A stretch of DNA of 64,000 bases from an uncultured Planctomycetota bacterium (GCA_963849325.1 CAWKHF010000001.1:224001-288000); one strand, 5' to 3'; positions 1 through 10,984 are shown, numbered from the stretch's first letter. Numbers and translations are program-made. Notes: generated from the letters alone by a model not told the origin.

Positions 1-785
1 GGAGCGGACGCCCGGTTGCCGTGCTCGCCAGGTGAGCGCCGCCGGCGTCGTCGCCCCAGGCGAGCGCTTGGCCGTCAGGTGCGAAGGCGACCGATACGCA
101 TGGCCGGTCGTGTCGCAGGGTACGGACTTCCGAGCCGCTGGCGACGCCCCACAGGCGGACGGACCCGTCCGTGCCCGCCGAAGCCAGCGTCCGGCCGTCG
201 GGGGAGAAGGCGGCCTGGTAAACGGCCGCCTGATGTCCGGCGAACCACCGTAGCGAGCGGCCCGTTACGACATCCCACAGGCGGACGACGCCATCATCGC
301 CAGCGGAGGCGATGCATTTGCCGTCGAGGGAGAACGCCAGGGATACGCACTTGCTCGCGCGGCCAGCCGCCCGCTGCAAGCGCCGGGGACTGCCACAGGA
401 GCCGACCTGTCCGCGATGTGCAGACGCGGAGGCGGTCGCCACGGACGTAGGCCAGCAAGCGCCCGTCCGGCGCCGGGGCGAAGGCCGTGATGTCCTCCGA
501 TTCGCAGAACGTCCGAATCAGCCGGCCGCCGCTGGTCTCCCAGAGCCAAAGTTGGGACCAACCGCAAGAGGTGACGAGCACCTCGCCGTCAGCGGAAAAG
601 ACGCCGGCGCTCACACGATCGACGTGCCGCCAGCGCACCGTCCCCAGCCGCGCGATCACCCCCGGCGGCAGCGGGTCGCCGTATCGGTCGGTGCGGACGG
701 CTGCTTTCGCCGGCGGCCCCTCGCCGCCTGCGGGCCGCATCGACAGGACCAGGCCGAGCAACACGGCGACAAGACGCAAGACCAT
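1..785 (-). CDS. Secreted WD40-repeat protein (frameshifted, runs off the window start)
   Basis: Signal peptide, then RTDRYGDPLPPGVIARLGT and WD-like repeats (VFSADGEVLVTS..LWLWET; FAPAPDGRLLA). Confidence 0.75.
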
Positions 786-816
786 GAGTCTTCCCTCGCC
801 GCACGAGCGGACCCGC

Positions 817-2259
817 TCACGCCAGCAGTTTCGTCACGACCTCGCCATGCACGTCGGTCAGGCGGAAGTCGCGGCCCTGGAAGCGGAACGTCAACTTCGT
901 ATGATCCAGGCCGAGAAGGTGCAGCACGGTCGCTTGCAGGTCGTGGACGTGAACGCGGTCCTCGACAGCGGCAAAACCCAATTCGTCGCTGGCGCCGAGG
1001 TTCAGCCCGGCCTTGACGCCGCCGCCGGCCAGCCAGGTGGTAAAGGCGTCGATGTGGTGATTGCGGCCGACCGTCTCGCGCACCTCGCCCATCGGCGTGC
1101 GGCCAAACTCGCCGCTCCAGATCACCAGCGTGTCATCGAGCAGGCCGCGCGCCTTGAGATCCTGGACCAGGGCGGCGCAGGGCCGATCGACTTCCTTGCA
1201 CACGCGGTCGAGTCCGGTCGTCAGATTGTCGCCGCCGGAGCCGTGGTGGTCCCAGTCGGTGTGGTACAGCTGCACGAAGCGCACGCCGCGCTCGACGAGC
1301 CGGCGCGCCAGCAAGCAATTGTTGGCGAACGACGGTTGCCCCGGCTGCGCCCCGTACATTTCCAGCGTCTTTTTGTCCTCGCGCGCGATGTCGATCAACT
1401 CCGGGGCGCTGGTCTGCATGCGATAGGCCATCTCGTAGGACGAGATGCGCGTGGCGATCTCGGGATCGCCGGTGTCCGTCAGGCGGACGGCGTTCAACTC
1501 CTTCACGGTGTCGAGTACCTGGCGCTGGCGCTCGTCGCTGACGCTGGGCGGCCGGGTGAGGTTGAGGATCGGCTCGCCGCCGGAGCGGAAGGGCACGCCC
1601 TGGTACGTCGTCGGCAAAAAGCCACTGCCCCACAGGGGATGGCCGCCGCGCGGCCCGCGCGGCCCGGACTGCAAGACGACGAAACCGGGCAGGTCGTTGG
1701 CGGTCGCTGCCGATGCCGTAAGTCACCCACGCCCCCATGCTCGGCCGGCCGGCCTGCGGTGTGCCGGTATTGAGGAAAATCTTCGCCGGGGCGTGATTGA
1801 AGACGTTGGTGGCCATCGAGCGCACCACGGCGATGTCATCGACGATGCCGGCGGTGTGCGGCAGACACTCCGACACCCATGTCCCCGCTCGGCCGTGGCG
1901 AGCGAACTTGCGCGCGCGGCCAGCAACTTCGGCCTGTTCTTGGCGAAGAAGCTGTCCATGAAGGCGAAGCGCTTGCCCTTGACGAACTCGTCGGGGATGG
2001 GCTTGCCATGCAGCGCCGTCAACTTCGGCTTGTAGTCGAACAATTCGAGCTGGCTGGGACCGCCGGCCATGAACAGGAAAATCACGTGCTTGGCCCGCGC
2101 GGCGTGGTGGCCCCGCTTGGGCGCCAGCGGATTGACCAGCGCAGGTGTTTCGGCCTTCGCCCGGCCGTCGTTCAACAGCGAGGCCAGGGCGAGGGAGCCG
2201 AGACCGAGAGAGCAGTCCTGGAAGAAGTGACGGCGCGTTTGCAGCAGGAGCGGATTCAC
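817..2259 (-). CDS. DUF1501 family protein (frameshifted)
   Basis: TRRHFFQ Tat-like leader; [65 protein letters not shown] before GTG 2259. Confidence 0.9.
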
Positions 2260-2341
2260 GGATACCTCAGATACGAAGTTCATTCGGGACGAACGCTGTT
2301 GGCGGACTTAAGGTCAGCACGCCGTATTCTGTTCTCCAAAC

Positions 2342-2569
2342 CTACAAGGGTTCGGCCACTTCCGAGCCTCGCCGTGACAGCAATTCGGCCAGCTGCCAGT
2401 TCACCGCCGTAAGGAGTTCCTCGTCTTCCATGTCCCAGACCGCTCCCGGCTCCGTTCCCCGAGCCACTACCGTCAGATTGGCGATCAGTTGCCCAAATCG
2501 CATCTCCGGACAGGCCCGACTCAATTGATGGAGCCGAGAGAGTAGTTCCGCGCGTGCGCTGTCACTCAT
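2342..2569 (-). CDS. Small hypothetical protein (75 aa), putative partner or antitoxin of the upstream gene
   Basis: Clean ORF; ATGA overlap with 2566..2865; PEMRFGQLIAN...WDMEDEELL. Confidence 0.65.
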   Translation of the reverse strand: MSDSARAELLSRLHQLSRACPEMRFGQLIANLTVVARGTEPGAVWDMEDEELLTAVNWQLAELLSRRGSEVAEPL

Positions 2570-2865
2570 GGCAGTTTCTCCTCCACGGTTGGAAGCGAGG
2601 CGAACGCCCGTGGTAATTCACCCAGCACTTCCACGGGTATGGGCATTCCAGGACAGAGCTTGGCCGCGCGGGTAGCCCGCGTGACGCCATCGGTTATCAT
2701 CAGGGCACCATCCGAGCCCCGATAGACCAGCACAGGCGGCATTTCCTGGATCGATCGGCCATGATGAGCGATTTGACGCTGCAACTTAGCCGGATCGGCA
2801 CCGTCAAGCCGGCTGGCCGGCAGATGAAGCGTGCGTGGATCGACAGCGAGGAATTCCCGGGCCAT
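2566..2865 (-). CDS. Small ParB/sulfiredoxin-like domain protein (99 aa)
   Basis: GGAG RBS; PPVLVY..DGALMITDGVTRATRA resembles the ParBc 'I.dGh.R..A' motif. Confidence 0.6.
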   Translation of the reverse strand: MAREFLAVDPRTLHLPASRLDGADPAKLQRQIAHHGRSIQEMPPVLVYRGSDGALMITDGVTRATRAAKLCPGMPIPVEVLGELPRAFASLPTVEEKLP

Positions 2866-2927
2866 CGTGCTCCCTATTATCTACCCAGGGCCGCGATGTC
2901 GGCCAAATCCTGTTAGCTCCGATGTCT

Positions 2928-5451
2928 CTACTCCCGGGTGATGAACTCGTCGAGGTTCAGCAGGACGCGGGCCATGCTGGTCCAGGCATCGAGCGGTTCC
3001 TTCTCGCCTTGCCGCGTGAGAAGTCGCCCCAGTGCTTGTCGCTCGCGCGTGCTTGGCTGACGGCCAAGGCACAGACGGAAGGCAAAGGCGATTCGTTCGT
3101 CATTATCGCCCTTGCACTCGCGGAGGACGCGCGCCGCCAGCGCCTGGGCGAACTCGAAAAAGCCTTGATCGTTGAGCAAGGTCAGGGCTTGCAGCGGCGT
3201 GTTGGAGCGATTGCGGCGCGTGCAGGTGGACAGCGCCTCGGGCGCGTCGAAGACGGTGAGGTCCGGGTGCGGCGCCGAGCGCCAGAACCAGGTGTACAGA
3301 CCGCGACGATAGCGCTCGGGGCCCGTCGTTGGCCTTCCAATCGCGCGGCACCTGCGTGAAGGCGTACACGCCCTTGGGCTGCGGCGGAAACACACTGGGG
3401 CCGCCGAACGTGCGCGTCAGCAGACCGCTCGACGCCAAGGCCACGTCGCGCACCACCTCGGCGTCGAGACGCAGCCGATTTTGCCGGGCCAAGAGCCGAT
3501 TGCGCGCGTCGAGCGTCGCCAGTTCCGGCCGATGCCGCGACGATTGCCGATACGTCGCCGAGGTGGCGATCAGCCGGTGCATCGCTTTCAGGCTCCACCC
3601 CCTCACCCTGCCCTCTCCCCCTGGAGGGGGAGAGGGTTGGGGTGAGGGGGCCATGAACTCCGCGGCCAGCCAGTCGAGCAACTCGGGGTGCGAGGGCGGC
3701 GTGCCCTGCGTGCCGAAGTCGTTCTCCGTCTCGACCAGGCCGGTGCCGAAATACTGCTGCCACAAGCGATTCACCGTCACGCGCGGCGTCAGTGGGTTGC
3801 CGCGATCCACCAGCCAGCGGGCCAGGTCGAGGCGAGTGGGCCGGACCTTCTTCGGCAGCGGCGGCAGCACGCGCGGCACGTCCGGCGTCACTACCGCCCC
3901 TTTCCGCAGAAAATCGCCGCCCAGGTGAATGGAGGTGACGCGCGGCGCCGGCCGCTCCCGAAGAACGAGCGTCGTGGGAATGACCGGCATCTCTTTGCGG
4001 AGTTCGGCGATCTGTTTTTCCAGCGCCCGCCGCGCCGTCATGGCCTGGACGTGGGCGGCGGCCAGGTAGTTGAGGGGTTGGCCCAGACCGCCGACAACGT
4101 GGCGCACCTGCTCGGCGTTGCGGTACGCCGAGACGACGACCTGCTGCTGCCGAAAGCTGCGGCCGTTGGGGGCGATGGCCAAGATGGTCTGCACCTTCGC
4201 CGGCAGCATCGCCCGCGCCTCCGCCGTCAGGCTGCCCTCCCAGGCCGTCACATGCGCCTCGGTGGCTGTGTCGAGCGTTTTCAGCTGCTTCTCCAGGGCG
4301 GCAATGCGGGCGCCGACCTCGCGGCGCTGGCGGAGTTGCTCCGGCGCGGGCAGCTCCAGCGTCGGCTCGTCGCAGCTGTTGAAGAAGGCGAACAGCTGGT
4401 AATACTCGCGCTGCGCCAGCGGATCGAACTTGTGATCGTGACACTGGCAGCAGCCGACCGTCAGACCGAGGAAGACGGTGCCGGTCGTGTTGGTGCGATC
4501 GACGATCGACTCGACGCGGAACTGTTCGCGGTCGATGCCACCCTCCTCGTTGATCTGCGTGTTGCGATGGAAGCCGGTGGCGATGCGCTGCTCCAACGTG
4601 GCGCCGGGCAGCAGGTCGCCGGCCAATTGCTCGACGACGAACTGGTCGAAGGGCATGTCGCGGTTGAAGGCCGACAACACCCAGTCGCGGTACTTCCAGA
4701 TGGAGCGCGGCGCATCGATGCTGTAGCCGTTGGAGTCGGCGTAGCGAGCCAGGTCGAGCCAGTGGCGTCCCCAACGTTCGCCGTAGTGCGGACTGGCCAG
4801 CAGACGCTCGACGACACGCTCGTAAGCGTCGGGCCGCGTGTCGGCCAGGAAGTCATCGATCTCCTTGGGAGAGGGAGGCAGACCGATGAAGTCGAGCGAG
4901 ACGCGGCGCAGCAACGTGGCGCGATCCGCCTCCGGCGCTGGGGCGACGCCCTCTTTTTCCAGTCGGGCGAGGATGAAATGATCGATGGGATTGCGGCACC
5001 ACGAGGAATTCTTTACGGGCGGCTCCGCCGGCCGGCGGATGGGTTGAAACGACCAGTGCTGGCTCGCCGTCTTGGCCGACGACACGACGGCATCGCCGGC
5101 GGGGATGGCGGCGCCGCCGTCGATCCAGGTCCGCAGCAGGGCGACCTCGCGGGCGCTGAGGCGCGGTCCCTTGGGTGGCATGGCCGGCACGTCGGCGGCG
5201 CCGGTGACGGCCTGGAGGAGCCGGCTTTCGCCGCTCTTGCCCGGCACGACCGCCGGCCCGGAATTGCCGCCGGCACGGACGCCGCCCGCGCTATCCAGGC
5301 GCAGGCTGGAACGCTGTTTCTTGGCACCGTGGCAGACGGTACAGTGTTTCGTCAGGATCGGCTGGACGTCGCGGACGTAATCAGCCGGCACGGCGGCCAG
5401 GACGGAGGCGGGCCAAAGGACGGCCAGGCACAGACTCAGGAAGGACTTCAT
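2928..5451 (-). CDS. PSD1 / DUF1549-DUF1553 planctomycete cytochrome c protein (frameshift near C-terminus)
   Basis: Signal peptide; [58 protein letters not shown]. Confidence 0.93.
3598..3650. repeat. Palindromic REP-like element (family D) translated in frame inside the DUF1553 gene
   Basis: CCCCCTCACCCtgCCCTCTCCCCCT-gg-AGGGGGAGAGGGttgGGGTGAGGGGG; related intergenic copy near 55488. Confidence 0.85.
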
Positions 5452-5622
5452 GCGTTCGCTCGATGACGGACGGCGGGATGCGGGCGAAGGGAGGAGAGCA
5501 CTCCTCCCGAGGTCGTGGGGCTGTCTCTACCACCATACCGCAATCCGGCAGCGGAACAAGCGAAAAACTCGACCCTTGGGTCTTCGGGCCTTGCGCCCCT
5601 CGTACTCAAACCAGCGAGCCTG

Positions 5623-5677
5623 TCCGAGCCTGAAGCGTAAGCGAAGGAAATTCCTTCGCTTACGCTTCAGGCTCGGA
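5623..5677. repeat. Palindromic REP-like element, family B (contains the hypB stop codon)
   Basis: TCCGAGCCTGAAGCGTAAGCGAAGGAA / TTCCTTCGCTTACGCTTCAGGCTCGGA; copies at 52341 and 63493. Confidence 0.9.
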
Positions 5678-6355
5678 TAGATGGCCCCTGACTCTTGCGC
5701 ATCGCCGGGAACAGAGGAAGTCCAGCCATGCCTCCATCCCCTGCCCGGATTTCGCCGACACCTCCAAGGTCTCCATGCCCGGCCGCACCGCCTGGATGCT
5801 GCGGTGGGCGGCGACGGCGTCGAACTCCACGGCCGCGGTCAGGTCGGTCTTGGTGAGGATGGCCACGTCCGCCGTGTTGAAGATGGTCGGATACTTGAGA
5901 GGTTTATCCTCTCCTTCCGTCACCGAGAAGAGCACCACGCGGAGGTCTTCGCCCAGGTCGAAGGTGGAAGGACAGACCAGGTTGCCCACGTTCTCGATGA
6001 ACAAAAAGTCCAGCTCCTCCAGTCGCCAGCCCTCCAGGGCCGCCGCGACCATGTCCGCTTCCAGGTGACAGACGGTCCCGGTGGTGATCTGCTTGACCGG
6101 GACATCGGCACGGGCCAGGCGACGGGCGTCGTTATCCGTCGCCAGGTCGCCGACGAGGGCGGCGACGCGGTAGCGGTCGCGGAGTCGGCCGAGCATCTTC
6201 TCCAGGAACGCCGTCTTGCCGGCGCCGGGACTGGAGACGAGGCTGACGACGTAGACGCCGGCTTCGTGGAAACGCGCCCGCAGGACGCGCGCGGCGGCGT
6301 CGTTGTGCTTCAGGATGTGCTGCCGGACCTCGACGAGGCGCGGGTTCGTGCTCAT
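5660..6355 (-). CDS. hypB: Hydrogenase nickel incorporation GTPase HypB
   Basis: SSPGAGKT; QITTGTVCHLEA; IENVGNLVCP; EGEDKPLKYP. Confidence 0.95.
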   Translation of the reverse strand: MSTNPRLVEVRQHILKHNDAAARVLRARFHEAGVYVVSLVSSPGAGKTAFLEKMLGRLRDRYRVAALVGDLATDNDARRLARADVPVKQITTGTVCHLEADMVAAALEGWRLEELDFLFIENVGNLVCPSTFDLGEDLRVVLFSVTEGEDKPLKYPTIFNTADVAILTKTDLTAAVEFDAVAAHRSIQAVRPGMETLEVSAKSGQGMEAWLDFLCSRRCARVRGHLSEPEA

Positions 6356-6696
6356 GATTCGATCTCGAGGGCGCGGACTTCCAGCTCCCGGCCGCTGATG
6401 ACCTCGTTGGTCGGAGTGCCGCAAGCGGGACAGCACAAGAACAACAGCGACGCCGGCGTTCGATCGGCGTCACAAGCGGGGCAGTGGACGACGAGCGGGA
6501 CCTCTTCGATGACCAACTCCGCCCGCGCCAGCGATGTGTCTTCGCGGGCCAACTCGTAAGCCGAGCGCAGTGCTTCCGGGACCACGCCGGAAAGGCGGCC
6601 GAGCTTCAGGTGGACGGCGGCGACACGGCCGCCGTGCCGCCGGCCCTCCTCTTCGGCGAGGTCCAGAATACTCAGGGCGATGGAAAGCTCGTGCAT
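6352..6696 (-). CDS. hypA: Hydrogenase nickel metallochaperone HypA
   Basis: MHELSIA; two CxxC motifs; GREL. Confidence 0.95.
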   Translation of the reverse strand: MHELSIALSILDLAEEEGRRHGGRVAAVHLKLGRLSGVVPEALRSAYELAREDTSLARAELVIEEVPLVVHCPACDADRTPASLLFLCCPACGTPTNEVISGRELEVRALEIES

Positions 6697-6703
6697 GGCC
6701 TCG

Positions 6704-6910
6704 TCACATTCTTTCCATCTTCAGGTAGCGCACGAGGTCCGGGCCGAAATGCCACGCCATCCAGGCGCCCACTCCGACCCCGATCAACCCGGCGAGCAGC
6801 CAGCCCGTGGATGCGCCGCCGGAGCCGCCTCGTCCCAACAGATGGCGACTCTTCCCCTCTTCACCCGAGGAATAGACACGTTCCGGATACTCGGACGCTT
6901 GCCTTGACAT
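6704..6910 (-). CDS. Small membrane protein of the hydrogenase cluster
   Basis: GGAGG RBS; one TM helix; ends PDLVRYLKMERM, recalling small proteins in actinobacterial hhy clusters. Confidence 0.6.
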   Translation of the reverse strand: MSRQASEYPERVYSSGEEGKSRHLLGRGGSGGASTGWLLAGLIGVGVGAWMAWHFGPDLVRYLKMERM

Positions 6911-6942
6911 GGTGGAACCTCCCTCTCAGGAATGATAGGGTC

Positions 6943-7459
6943 TCACGTTGCCTCAAGGGTCTCGCCCCGCAGGAGCCGCGCCAGAAGCGACTCGATGAGA
7001 TGAATCGCTTCCTCCACGGCAGTCCGAACCGGGGCACTCAAACCCATCTGCATATCTTCATAATCGCCATCCGGCGCGGGTTCGCAGCCGACCACCACGA
7101 GACGGTCCATCGTGCCGCCCATCGCCTCGGCCAGCCGCAGCACCTTCACGGGATCCATGCCGTGCCCATCGATCGTCGCGCCGGCGACCGCACCTTCGGC
7201 CGTCTCGCCTCGCTCCGGTTCGAGGACGTAGAGGGTGCCGGGCGGCCCGTCGCGCTGCATCGTGTCCACCAGGATGACCGCCTCGTAATCCTCCAGCAGA
7301 GCGTACGTCAGGTCCAACCCCCGGATGCCGAAATCGACGACCCGTACCTCTTCCGGCAGCGGGCGTCGGGCCAGGCGCTGGGTGACCTCGACACCGAAGG
7401 CGTCGTCGCCCAGGAAAATGTTGCCGACGCCGGCGATGAAGAATGCGCGGCCGAATCAT
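6943..7459 (-). CDS. Hydrogenase maturation endopeptidase (frameshift near start)
   Basis: Reconstructed IAGVGNIFLGDDAFGVEV; VVDFGIRG; DGHGMDP; VVGCEP. Confidence 0.9.
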
Positions 7460-7761
7460 GCTCCTTCCTCCTCCACAGGCTCCACTTCCTCTGGCTGGAA
7501 GAAGAAGCGATGTCCGGGTTGACGCAGGGTGCCGAGGTCCTTGCCGGGATCCTCATCGACCGTGACCGCCAGGTAGACGCGGCCCTCGAAATCCTGTTCG
7601 ATCGATTCGACGGTCGCGGTCATCCCCGCCAGGGCCAGGTCGAAGATGTCGGCCCGGCCGCGCGGCCGAAGGCGGACACGGCCGCCCTGCCGGAGTTCGC
7701 AGGGGCCGAGGTGGATGCATTCCAGGATGCGCCGGTCGGATTCGGGTTCCCAGCTATCCAT
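7456..7761 (-). CDS. Hypothetical protein of the group 1h hydrogenase cluster
   Basis: Clean ORF overlapping both neighbours; ADIFDLALAG..DPGKDLG..GHRFFF. Confidence 0.75.
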   Translation of the reverse strand: MDSWEPESDRRILECIHLGPCELRQGGRVRLRPRGRADIFDLALAGMTATVESIEQDFEGRVYLAVTVDEDPGKDLGTLRQPGHRFFFQPEEVEPVEEEGA

Positions 7762-8832
7762 TCGCGCCCTCCTCCGGCACCGGCCGCAAATCGCGGATCG
7801 TGCCGTGAAGACTACCCAACTGCTCCCGTGCGAACGATTCGGTTCGCGCCAACAGCTCGCGCGCCCGCTCGTCCACCGCGGCCATGTCGCGCTTCTCCTC
7901 GTCGGTCAGCGTCAGGATGCGCAGCGTCAACATTTCGTCCATCTCGGTGCCGTCGAAGAAGTTGCCCGGACTCTCCGGGGCCACTTGAGGATAATCGTAG
8001 AGGATGATCGGCGAGGAGAGAATCGTATCGGTCTGTCCCTCCATACCGACGAGGACCGGCCAGGTGCCGACGTTGCGGCAGGCGGCGGCGGCCTCGCGCC
8101 AGCACTCGGGCGGGTCGAGAAGCGAGACGAACTGCGCCCCCCCGGACGCCGAGGATCGTGTGCGCCGAGACCAGGGAGCGCAGCAAGGCATCGTCGCGGC
8201 TGCCGACTTCCGCGAGCGGCGTGCGATTTTCGACCCGGATCGTGAGGCGGTACAGCTCGTTCGCGATCGCGGTTGCCTCCACGGAGACAACTCCCTCAAC
8301 GCCCTGCTGCTCGCGGACCAGGATGCCGGCGATTTCGCCGGTCGTCCCGCGCACCGCCTCCGACCGCTGGCCGCCGGCGAACGCGAACGGCACACCGCAA
8401 GGATGGGCCAGCAGTTCGCCCAGCGTCCTTTCGCCGAGGGAGACGTTCGCGCTCTTCCGCCTCCTGCCAGGAGTGAAAGACCTGCTCGCCGATGCGCAGC
8501 GCCTCGACGAAAAAGGTGTCCGGAACCTTTTCCGTCGCCTGAACCGCATCGAAAAGGTTCCGGACACCTTTTTCCACCGCGCCGACGCGGCGGGCCGTCA
8601 GGTGCAGGAAACGAATGACTACCTCGATGACCGTGGCCGACGTTCCGCGGACCAGGCATTCCGTCTGATTGCTCGAAGCATCGCCGTTCTCTTGCGCCCG
8701 GCAGTAGGCCTCCGGATACAAGCCGCCGAAGGTCCAACGCTGCCGATTTTTGATCGATGGACGATAGGGATAGAGGATATACCCCTCATAGAGAACGGCG
8801 TCGGCGATGCGGTCCACGAGTACCCGGTTCAT
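7754..8832 (-). CDS. Hypothetical protein of the group 1h hydrogenase cluster (frameshifted)
   Basis: IADAVLYEGYILYPYR..NRQRWTFG; LSSPIILYDYPQVAPESPGNFFDGTEMDEMLTLRILTLTDEEK. Confidence 0.8.
8509..8574. repeat. Perfect 24-bp inverted repeat translated in frame within the CDS
   Basis: GAAAAAGGTGTCCGGAACCTTTTC ... GAAAAGGTTCCGGACACCTTTTTC. Confidence 0.9.
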
Positions 8833-9488
8833 GGTTTCACCGTCTCCTCCGCCGCGTTGAGCAGTTGCTCCAGCGTCCGTTCCCAGGTCGGCAGCCCCTG
8901 ACGACTCTTGTACTGCTGGAGCAGGTCGAACACGTCCTTGCGCAAGCAGAGCCAGGCACTATTGGGATAGAACTGATCCATGAGCTCCCGCCACGTCGCG
9001 GCCGGCAGGCGGAAGGACGCCTCCTTCTCCCAGGAGATTTGAGCCACCTGCAAGGCCGCCTCGTCGGTTCGATAGAAAATGGTCCCGCTGAAGAGGAAGC
9101 ACAACGGAATGTCTCCGTCCTCCAAAGCGGCAAAATACTTGGTCGCCGCCAAGCTGAAGTCGAAGCTGCACGGCACCGGCAGGTCCACGCTGCCGGTGCC
9201 GGTGAACGGCGGCACGATGGCGCCGACGTGCGTCCACAACATCGGATGCAAGGTCTGGCCCCAGCGCTCCGGGGTGCCGAACAGGTCGAGGAGCCGTTCC
9301 TGCTCCAGGGCGCCATAGCGTCGCCGCCCCGGCTCGATCCGCACCTGACAGCGGAGGACGATGGTATGAATGGGCGTCGGCGGTGCCGCGGTCGGCACTT
9401 CCTGAATGCGCAGAGGGAACAGCAGCAGCGGCGCCGCCGCCAGGGGCTGCGGCTTCACTCCCTCCACCTGGAAATTCAGCTCAGGCAT
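8829..9488 (-). CDS. Conserved hydrogenase-cluster protein (DUF6084-like)
   Basis: LRCQVRIEP.RRRY..LLDLFGTPERW; VPCSFDF; LFSGTIFY; WEKEASFRLP. Confidence 0.75.
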   Translation of the reverse strand: MPELNFQVEGVKPQPLAAAPLLLFPLRIQEVPTAAPPTPIHTIVLRCQVRIEPGRRRYGALEQERLLDLFGTPERWGQTLHPMLWTHVGAIVPPFTGTGSVDLPVPCSFDFSLAATKYFAALEDGDIPLCFLFSGTIFYRTDEAALQVAQISWEKEASFRLPAATWRELMDQFYPNSAWLCLRKDVFDLLQQYKSRQGLPTWERTLEQLLNAAEETVKP

Positions 9489-10128
9489 GGGCCGTGCCTC
9501 CCACGGGATGCGATCGCTCTTTCAAGGCCGCGAAGAAACCTCCAATCTCCTTCCACACGGCCGTTCCGCCCGACAGGCTCCGCCAATGACTGCGGACCAG
9601 ACCGACCAGCTTGTAGCATTCGTCGATGCCCACCCGGTAGTACTCCTGTGTGGCTCCGAGGCGGTTCACCAGCAGCGCTTCCACGTCCGACTCCAGGCCG
9701 CGCAGAATGGGGTTGTCCTCCACCACCAACTGCCAGGCATCGAGCGGCACGCGCGATTCGGTGATGCCCGCCGGGCTGGGATACAGGGCGATGACGCACT
9801 CCGCCGCCGTGCTGGGCAGAAAAAAGGCCAGGTTGATCGGTACACCCAGACCTTGCCATGCCACGTCCGAGAGGCGAAAGTCCGTCAGAAGCTGGACACG
9901 CCGAGACACGCGCCGATATTTCCCGGTGCCCGGCGTGTCGAACAGGATGGCGCAAGCGTCGCAGGCGCAGACGAGTCGCCGGCTGGACAGCTCGACCAGG
10001 TGGGCATGGTCGGTTGCCAGCTCGGCGTTGCACAGCTCACACCGCTCCGCGACGGTGCGCGGCCGCACGAATCGGCGGAGCGAACTCAGGGCGGTTCGCG
10101 GCGACCCGCCCTTTGGATTCGCGGACAT
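9481..10128 (-). CDS. Conserved hydrogenase-cluster protein (DUF5947-like, Cys/His metal motif)
   Basis: ERCELC..H.HL..CACDAC; ALYPSPAGITES; IDECYKLVG. Confidence 0.75.
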   Translation of the reverse strand: MSANPKGGSPRTALSSLRRFVRPRTVAERCELCNAELATDHAHLVELSSRRLVCACDACAILFDTPGTGKYRRVSRRVQLLTDFRLSDVAWQGLGVPINLAFFLPSTAAECVIALYPSPAGITESRVPLDAWQLVVEDNPILRGLESDVEALLVNRLGATQEYYRVGIDECYKLVGLVRSHWRSLSGGTAVWKEIGGFFAALKERSHPVGGTAHA

Positions 10129-10169
10129 GGATCATCCCTTTCATCGATCTCGATGGCTCGCTCCTCCCC

Positions 10170-10367
10170 TCAAGCGGGCGGCAAGTGCGGCATGCGCGGG
10201 TCGATCGGATCGTGCTTCGAGGGGCTGATGCTCGTGGCATCGCGGGCGGTGCGCTCGAAGCGCGGATCGTCTCGGCCCGGCTCGCGGCCATGCCGTTCGA
10301 CGTATTCCTCTCCCTTGGGCGTGCCCGGCGTGTGCGCGGGCAGGTCGGGTCTTGGTCCCTTGGCCAT
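10170..10367 (-). CDS. Small Pro-rich hypothetical protein
   Basis: GGGAGG RBS; co-oriented in the operon; ends PIDPRMPHLPPA. Confidence 0.65.
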   Translation of the reverse strand: MAKGPRPDLPAHTPGTPKGEEYVERHGREPGRDDPRFERTARDATSISPSKHDPIDPRMPHLPPA

Positions 10368-10401
10368 GTTCGGTCCTCCCTTTCGTTACTTCGGTCCCGG
10401 T

Positions 10402-10957
10402 TCACACCATCGGCAGGGCGACCCGCGCCCGGCCGTTGTCCGACATCAACGCTTCCTCGGCCGTTCCCTCCACTTCCACCGCCGTCACCTCGGGAGCCTT
10501 GCCGTAGATGGCCTCCTCAATGGTCTGCTGCATCGTCACGGCCGACGACGGACAGCTATGACAACTGCCGTGCAGCCGCAACCGCACGATGCCATCCTCG
10601 ACGCCGAGCAGCTCGACGTTGCCGCCGTGCGAATGGAGATATGGTCGAACCGCCTCCAGGGCTTGATGAACGCGCGCTTCCACGTCGAGCGGATGCAGTC
10701 CGTGGAGCAGGAGCAGACCTCCTACCAGGTCATCCCGCGCAGGCGTCGAGGACCGTGCGGCCGGTCTCGCCGGTCGCCGTGACGTGTTCGAGCAGCCGTT
10801 CCAGCCCGGCCCCGTGCAGGTCGAGGAGGACTTGCACGATCTCCCGAATGCGTGTTTGCGCCGACGGATCGGTGCCGCGCTCCGCCTCGCGCAACAGAAC
10901 GTCGAGGCGCTCCAGCCGAGCCTGAAATTCGCGCGCGTCAAGCGTACCAGTCATCAT
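10402..10957 (-). CDS. NifU/NfuA-like Fe-S carrier protein (frameshifted)
   Basis: VRPYLHSHGGNVELL; GSCHSCPSS. Confidence 0.88.
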
Positions 10958-10984
10958 CCTTCCCCATCACCAAAATCGCGTTTT

